From sequence record PQ362703.1: a stretch of DNA of 64,000 nucleotides, one strand, 5' to 3'. Numbering within the stretch: position 1 is the first letter of the stretch; the number at the start of each line of letters is the position of its first letter. The stretch comes from Escherichia phage vB_EcoP_PW8. Positions 58,018 through 64,000 of the stretch are shown here, piece by piece. The notes below the pieces were generated by a model. The model was not told the origin of the DNA, did not search any database, and worked only from the letters and a program-made list of their open reading frames with translations. Position numbers and translations under genes: made by a program.

Positions 58018-60672
58018 TTAAACTAGGTCGGTATTAAGGGTCATGTCAGAGTAGTTACCTATCATGTCTAGAGACAAGTCAGCTATATCTGAACCAGTCA
58101 TGAGAGTACGTGATAAGAATGAATCCAGTGACTCCATTGACACGAATTGCATAGGGTCAATTACACCCTGCCCAGCAGTACCAAACATTTCTTCATACTG
58201 CTTATTGATTGCCATCATATCAGTGTTGTACTGCTGCATTACTTTCTCTGCTTTCTGAATAGTAGCAGCCGTAGATGCATTAATATACTGACTAATACCA
58301 TTACCTACTGAACTGGTAAGCTGCATGATGTTTTGTGCATTCATCATCTCACCTGCTAGGGTGGATAGGGATGTACCAGTAGACAAAGCAGTACCAACAT
58401 TCATAGCTACCATTGAAGCAATAGCTGCAATAATAAAGCCTAATTTATCACCGAACAGTGCAGTGGATACTTTTGTAATAATGGATACCAGAATCATTCC
58501 AGCAATAGCGTTTGCTACAGCACCAACTATCACGGCAGCTAATCCAACAAAGCCAAGTGATGCACCAACTGCACCATATGCTCCAAGTATGCCTGCACCA
58601 CCAGCACCCATAGTGAATACGGATACAACGACAGCAACTACAACAACCACAATCTTAAAAGCAGATGTTTGATACCACTTCTTCTTAACCTTCTTATATG
58701 AGTTCATCACTAAGTAGGAGCAAGCAGTGGATAGCTGAGTACTTCGAACCAGTGACATTGAACGGTAGATGTTAGTATGTAGTGGAATAATGAATCCGCT
58801 CTCCTCTGCATCACCCATTGCTTCGGCGACATCAATGTGCACTGACTTATTCTTATATACCCTGTTGTTGTGGTTTAGGCCCAGTATTCTAAGTTTACGG
58901 TAGGTATTATTACCATCCTGCCAAAGTAACTCATACTCCTGCATTGAATAGAATGTGTACGTTACCTCAAGTTTCTTAGAAGAGCCGGAGTTACGGGAGG
59001 TACGCATATTCTTACGAGTAAGGGTTATATCCCCTGCATACCTGGATCGAAGCTGCCCCTGTTTAGCACCAGACCATGCTTGCCCTGAGTGGGTAGTTTC
59101 AAATACATAGTTCCAGCCAATAGTCATGTCATACTTGTAATGCTTATTACTATGTACCCTAAATTCTCGCTTAGGTATAACAGGATATTCAGGTAGTGGT
59201 GGCGGTGTTCCAATAGTATGCCCTCCAGTCATATTCCACCATTTTACATATGCATCAACTGCATCATTAGCTGCCTGATAACCTGCAATTACTGCTTCCA
59301 AAGTTGGGTAGGTTGGGTCAGGTGGAAATGCTTCTGTAGCCATCTGAAAGAAACGGTAGATGTATTCCTTAGCAGTATCCTCTGGAGAATTAAGAGATAC
59401 ACCGAATGTGCCATAAATGTATTGGATATCACCTATGTCCTTATTCTTCTTAAGCTCAGTTATTACATTATTGAGTTTGCCACCAGTAGCTTTATAAAGA
59501 GCCTTTTTACAGTGAGGGTAGATTGGGTCATTCTCTACCCATTGCTTATCATTCCTGATTGGAATGAATGGGTAGAATCGATTATCAGTAGCTTCAGTCT
59601 CAAACAGTGAATCCAGTGCAACGTTACCAGAGTTCTGCTTATAGATAAGCATCTTAGGTGTACCAACAGCAGTCATCTCTGTATCAGTACGAGTAGTCTG
59701 GGATGAATACTTACGAACCAGTGTCTCTGTGGTTGTAGTGATTGTATCGGTACGAGTAACTCCACCACCTAAATCAACTACATTAGTAGTTACAGAAGTA
59801 CTAGACTGAACCTCACCAAACTTTTTATGAGTCATTACCCGGTCAGATACAACTACAGTCACATCATTAGGTTTCTCAGTAAACCCTCTGCGGTAAACCT
59901 TAACGTAAGAGTTCCAGTTATCTACACTTGGTTCAGTGACTGTACTATCCTCATCCGGTCTGTCATCAGAGTAAACAGAATGAGTATGTATAGTCTTAGT
60001 AAGGTTAGTTGTATTAGCTGTTGTATCACTTGATACAGTATTCCATAGCAAAGTAGAAGGTAAGTCACTCTCGCTATCATAAACAGTAGTCGGTCCTACT
60101 ACCGGTGGATTGATAGTAGGAGATTTATAGAAAGAGTAGTCAACATAGAGATACAAAGCACCTGGTTCAAAGTTAGTTGGTGTGAATTTAATAGTAGAAC
60201 CTCCATCCAAGGAGGTCATAGTAATTTCATTGGTATCTTCATCAATGTCTATGTCGAATCGTTCCATGATTCGACTCGGAGCATTCTCATAAAGATACTG
60301 GTCACACCATTGCTCAAAATCAGCAAAGCCAATCTCTGCTGCCTGAACATAAACAGATTCTCCAGCAGGGGGCGTAATTTGACCCTCTATAACAGTAGGG
60401 TCAATCTTAGCCAATACACCCAATGAAGAACCAGCCATACCTATTTTTGAATCATAGTGGTTCTTACTCCAGCTGGAGAACAATCGCATACGAATACCAG
60501 GTCCATTCAGATAACTATCAGAGATAGTGTCTGCCATAGTGAATCCTGTATTGGAAACAATGTTACCAATGACTACAGTCTTCATATAGTTAGGACGTTT
60601 GTGTATGTCCCCTGCCATATTGTAGACAGAGGATGCTACGTATACTTTGGTCTTACTACTGAATAAGCCCAT
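58018..60672 (-). CDS. large virion protein with C-terminal hydrophobic Gly-rich segment
   Basis: 884 aa. About 100 residues of Gly/Ala/Val-rich hydrophobic sequence near the C-terminus. Confidence 0.45.
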   Translation of the reverse strand: MGLFSSKTKVYVASSVYNMAGDIHKRPNYMKTVVIGNIVSNTGFTMADTISDSYLNGPGIRMRLFSSWSKNHYDSKIGMAGSSLGVLAKIDPTVIEGQITPPAGESVYVQAAEIGFADFEQWCDQYLYENAPSRIMERFDIDIDEDTNEITMTSLDGGSTIKFTPTNFEPGALYLYVDYSFYKSPTINPPVVGPTTVYDSESDLPSTLLWNTVSSDTTANTTNLTKTIHTHSVYSDDRPDEDSTVTEPSVDNWNSYVKVYRRGFTEKPNDVTVVVSDRVMTHKKFGEVQSSTSVTTNVVDLGGGVTRTDTITTTTETLVRKYSSQTTRTDTEMTAVGTPKMLIYKQNSGNVALDSLFETEATDNRFYPFIPIRNDKQWVENDPIYPHCKKALYKATGGKLNNVITELKKNKDIGDIQYIYGTFGVSLNSPEDTAKEYIYRFFQMATEAFPPDPTYPTLEAVIAGYQAANDAVDAYVKWWNMTGGHTIGTPPPLPEYPVIPKREFRVHSNKHYKYDMTIGWNYVFETTHSGQAWSGAKQGQLRSRYAGDITLTRKNMRTSRNSGSSKKLEVTYTFYSMQEYELLWQDGNNTYRKLRILGLNHNNRVYKNKSVHIDVAEAMGDAEESGFIIPLHTNIYRSMSLVRSTQLSTACSYLVMNSYKKVKKKWYQTSAFKIVVVVVAVVVSVFTMGAGGAGILGAYGAVGASLGFVGLAAVIVGAVANAIAGMILVSIITKVSTALFGDKLGFIIAAIASMVAMNVGTALSTGTSLSTLAGEMMNAQNIMQLTSSVGNGISQYINASTAATIQKAEKVMQQYNTDMMAINKQYEEMFGTAGQGVIDPMQFVSMESLDSFLSRTLMTGSDIADLSLDMIGNYSDMTLNTDLV

Positions 60673-60673
60673 A

Positions 60674-61516
60674 TTAGTTCAGCCCGTTGTTAGACTTCAG
60701 CTTGGTTAAAATGGTATCAATACTTGCGTTAGTGAAACCATTTGGTGGGTTCAAGCCTTCATCAATAGTCTTCTGTGTAATCCATGCATCAGTAAACAGC
60801 TTAGATGCTTTAACCTCTGCATCACGTTGGTAAGAAGTAATCTGTTGAGAGTACAGTTCTTTCTGTTTACCTACAGAACCAGTAACAGTAGCACCATCAC
60901 TACGGGTATCTAGTGTCTGTGCACGTTGTGCTTCGGTCTGCTCAGTAATCAGCTTAAGCTGTTGAGGTAACATCTGATTAGCATTAAACAATGCAGCACA
61001 GTACGTCTCAGACTCAGTAGCAATCTTCATCTTAGTAAGAGCGTATTCACTCTTAGCAGACAGTGCCTGAATCTTAGCTAGTACAAACTGAGCTTTAGAA
61101 GTAGCCAATGTAACACGTGCAGTAACTGCCTGAATCTGTGCCAGTGCAGCAGCCCAGTATGCCTGGTCACGACCAAGTAAGAACTGAACAGCATTACTCA
61201 TGCATGATTCCATCATAGCAATGTATGCTTTGGTATATTCACCACCTGTAATACGGTTAGCTTTAAACTCAGCTTTAAGGTGATTATGTGCAGATTCCAT
61301 TAATGCATCAAACGTACCACTACCACCTACTTCACGAGTAGTAAGAGATTCATTGGTTATTTTAGTAATGGCACCAAAGATTGGAGAACCATCCCCACCA
61401 GGGATATCCCATTCGGGGCCAGACATATCAATATCAGGAAGGGCAAAGTCATCACCCTTAGTTAACTCTTCAAGGAGTCGGTTAGCTTCTACCTCAGCAG
61501 AACAAGACATAATCAT
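60674..61516 (-). CDS. virion protein with predicted coiled-coil
   Basis: 280 aa, Ala/Gln/Lys-rich heptad-like region. Confidence 0.4.
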   Translation of the reverse strand: MIMSCSAEVEANRLLEELTKGDDFALPDIDMSGPEWDIPGGDGSPIFGAITKITNESLTTREVGGSGTFDALMESAHNHLKAEFKANRITGGEYTKAYIAMMESCMSNAVQFLLGRDQAYWAAALAQIQAVTARVTLATSKAQFVLAKIQALSAKSEYALTKMKIATESETYCAALFNANQMLPQQLKLITEQTEAQRAQTLDTRSDGATVTGSVGKQKELYSQQITSYQRDAEVKASKLFTDAWITQKTIDEGLNPPNGFTNASIDTILTKLKSNNGLN

Positions 61517-61586
61517 TCCTCTTGGTTCAAAAAGAAACGGCCCACGGAGTTACCCCAGTGAGCCGTGTTGAACTGTAGCTTATACG

Positions 61587-62228
61587 TTAATCGTTAAGGC
61601 TACCAGCAGCAATCTGTGCTTGAGCCAGTTGAGCTAATTCAGCTTCAGTCAACGGAGGCAGTACTTCGATGGAGAACTCTCGTGCTTCTGTTGCACGGAT
61701 ATCCGGTAAGCCATTCTTGCCTTTACGGGTAGTAATGTTAATGAACTTACGTTCTTTAAGGAACTCGTAGATACAGTACGGAATATGATAACCATTGTCG
61801 GTTACTTCACCGAATGGAACAAACTTACGTACAGTACCCATATATTCGTTAGCTACGGTGATAATCTCACCCGGCAGGTCTTTCTTCTTAGGATCAAGGT
61901 TCTGGATACGTACACGGATCAGTCGAGTCTGCTCTGCACGAATCTTTTGACCCAGGGTCATCTTCTTAACACCAGCTTCTTGCTTAGCACCCAGTGGATT
62001 AACAGCAGCTTCTTCTACTACTGGTTCATCTTTTACTTGTGCAGCTTCAATCTTTTCACGAAGCTTCTCAACGGAAATGTTGTTAGAGAACTTGATATTC
62101 ATCAACGTTGCACGTTGCTTAAGAACTTCAAGTTCACTAGGCATTGCAATATCGTTAACGGTATCTTCGTTGCCCTGTACGTTCTGTTCCACGCCAGTGG
62201 TCGGTTTATCGTTAATGCTCATGTTCAT
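61587..62228 (-). CDS. virion-associated protein, hypothetical
   Basis: 213-aa ORF immediately downstream of the major capsid gene. Confidence 0.4.
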   Translation of the reverse strand: MNMSINDKPTTGVEQNVQGNEDTVNDIAMPSELEVLKQRATLMNIKFSNNISVEKLREKIEAAQVKDEPVVEEAAVNPLGAKQEAGVKKMTLGQKIRAEQTRLIRVRIQNLDPKKKDLPGEIITVANEYMGTVRKFVPFGEVTDNGYHIPYCIYEFLKERKFINITTRKGKNGLPDIRATEAREFSIEVLPPLTEAELAQLAQAQIAAGSLND

Positions 62229-62295
62229 ATTTCCTATGGTTCATTTAGTTTTATTAAGAGGGGGACTAATGTCCCCCTTGTTTTATTTCGGACTA

Positions 62296-63498
62296 TTACA
62301 GAGGAGCAACAGTCTTAATCAGAGCCAGACGTTCTGGGCGTTTAACCAGAATACCATAGTACCACTTGATAGAACTGAAGCCAGTTTCACCATACGGGTC
62401 ATTACGGTCAGCAGTTTCTTTACCCGGCATCTTAGTCATGATGGTGAACTTAACAGACTTACCATCAGTCTGGAAGCCAATGGTAGAGAAGGAATCATCA
62501 CCAACTACCAGCATCGGGAATACGTCGTAGTGCTCCTGACCAGATACCATAGAAGTACGATAACCTGGGTTAGTAGTAACCTGTGCACCAGCACCTGCCC
62601 AGTGCAGCATCTCAGGAACCTGGATAATACGGAACTTATCAATACAACCGATTTCACCATTCATCAGAGTACCAGCATCTGCATAGTGCTGAACTTCAAT
62701 GAATGCTTTGTTACCGAACAGGTCTTTCATCGCTTTCAGTTCTGGAACCAGTTCAGAACCAACGTACATTACACGAGTACCACCAAGTACTTTGGTATCA
62801 GTAAGTTTAGAACCAGTAATGATAGTAGTCTGAGTCGGGGTACGGTTCTCAGTAAGAATCTGGTCAAGACGCATCAGGTTCTTATAAGAAACTACAGACG
62901 GGGTAGCACCTTCACCGGTGATGGTAGCATCAGAGACAGCAGCACCTGCATACAGTACAGTACCAGCAGCAGCCAGCAGGTCTTTCTGAAGAACAGCTTC
63001 AGTCAACTGTACAGCACCGTTCATCAGTTCACGAGACAGGTGTTCTTTCAGTTGATCATCAGAATCGAAGTCCAGAGACTCTTGGGTAAATTCATAGAAG
63101 AAACCGAACTTATGAATAGAACCTTCACGAGCCAGACGAGTAAAGCCTACACGGTTAACACGACCACCGTTCTCTGACAGCAGAGGCAGTTTAGAGGTGA
63201 TGTTACCAACGTCTTTAGAAGAACCATACAGGTTACCGTTAACGATGGTAGCACCATTAGCATCAATACCCTGGTCGTTAATGTTCTTGTCATCGAGCAG
63301 AGGAACGTACTCATACACCTTAACAGTCTTACCATAGTTCTTCGGCATGTTAACGGTGTTAGCCAGTGGCATAAAGTACTGGTCTTTACGGGACTGAATA
63401 ATAGCTTTCTTCAGCCAGTAATAGGTATTCATCTGGTCGGAACCAGCACCGTCAATGCTAGATTTCTGACCGTCAATTGGAGCGTTATAGTTTAACAT
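62296..63498 (-). CDS. major capsid protein
   Basis: 400 aa. Assignment by size and position in the late operon; a stable hairpin lies just downstream. Confidence 0.6.
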   Translation of the reverse strand: MLNYNAPIDGQKSSIDGAGSDQMNTYYWLKKAIIQSRKDQYFMPLANTVNMPKNYGKTVKVYEYVPLLDDKNINDQGIDANGATIVNGNLYGSSKDVGNITSKLPLLSENGGRVNRVGFTRLAREGSIHKFGFFYEFTQESLDFDSDDQLKEHLSRELMNGAVQLTEAVLQKDLLAAAGTVLYAGAAVSDATITGEGATPSVVSYKNLMRLDQILTENRTPTQTTIITGSKLTDTKVLGGTRVMYVGSELVPELKAMKDLFGNKAFIEVQHYADAGTLMNGEIGCIDKFRIIQVPEMLHWAGAGAQVTTNPGYRTSMVSGQEHYDVFPMLVVGDDSFSTIGFQTDGKSVKFTIMTKMPGKETADRNDPYGETGFSSIKWYYGILVKRPERLALIKTVAPL

Positions 63499-63514
63499 AT
63501 CATCTCATTCCTGT

Positions 63515-64000
63515 TTAAAGACTACCCGGTACTGGGAGTTTAGCGAAATCTTCATCACTCATAGCGAGTGGGTTTACAATAGGTGTTGCTTTACGTGTAG
63601 CAGCCCGATTAAGGGAAGCTGCTTTAGCTTGCTCACTGTTAGCCAGAGTCTGCTTAGGTCGTGCTACACGCACTACCGGCTGAACTGCTGGTTTAACTGC
63701 TTGTACCGGTTCAGGCTTAGCCACTTGGTTAAATGCACCCTGCTGTGCAAGGAGATTACCAACGTGGTTATAAGCCTGAATAAATGGAGTACCTACCGGA
63801 ATCTGGCCTAACATCTGAAGACGATTCACTTCATTAGTAATGATGTCATAAATACCATTCTCACGTTGTTCATGAATGGTATGAAGTAAGCCACGATTCT
63901 GATAAAGAGCATCTTTACTGGCAGCATCCCATGTCGAGCTAATAACACCTAATGTAGCTTGTCCTTCTTGAGTAGACTTTAAGTCGTCAATTTCGGTTGC
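63515..64000 (-). CDS. virion protein, 5' end beyond window
   Basis: Minus-strand frame stays open from the stop at 63515 to position 64000. The track shows only the part from an internal GTG at 63829. Confidence 0.4.
   Translation of the reverse strand, partial: ATEIDDLKSTQEGQATLGVISSTWDAASKDALYQNRGLLHTIHEQRENGIYDIITNEVNRLQMLGQIPVGTPFIQAYNHVGNLLAQQGAFNQVAKPEPVQAVKPAVQPVVRVARPKQTLANSEQAKAASLNRAATRKATPIVNPLAMSDEDFAKLPVPGSL

Noticed and set aside
1-64000. Integrase, lysogeny module or lysis cassette
   Set aside because: No tyrosine or serine recombinase motifs, repressor pair or recognisable endolysin was seen; lysis genes probably lie outside the window.

Overview
This window reads as most of the genome of an N4-like (Schitoviridae-type) lytic podophage, circularly permuted relative to the usual N4 map. 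All calls are from manual reading of the sequence and the supplied ORF track; no database search or folding program was run. The hallmark is a 3458-aa virion RNA polymerase gene (45131..55507, minus strand) with T7-like catalytic motifs. Layout: 1..6296 minus-strand late genes (tail proteins, large terminase); 6467..12400 plus-strand early genes; 12453..15036 split T7-like RNA polymerase II genes; 17025..41658 replication and nucleotide-metabolism module; 42113..44148 a 2-kb ORF-free region with tRNA genes and many hairpins; 45131..64000 minus-strand virion module including the major capsid gene. Both window edges cut through minus-strand genes that the ORF track omits. The most interesting features are: two group I introns, each carrying an HNH homing endonuclease gene and each splitting a P-loop ATPase gene (conserved P, Q, R, S elements are readable); two further free-standing HNH genes, one preceded by a synonymously recoded duplicate of its neighbour's first 21 codons; a tandem array of six paralogous small early genes of unknown function; and three hairpins of identical architecture (6-bp stem, TCC loop) upstream of early genes, which I interpret as virion-RNAP promoters. 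No integrase, CRISPR array or lysis cassette was seen.
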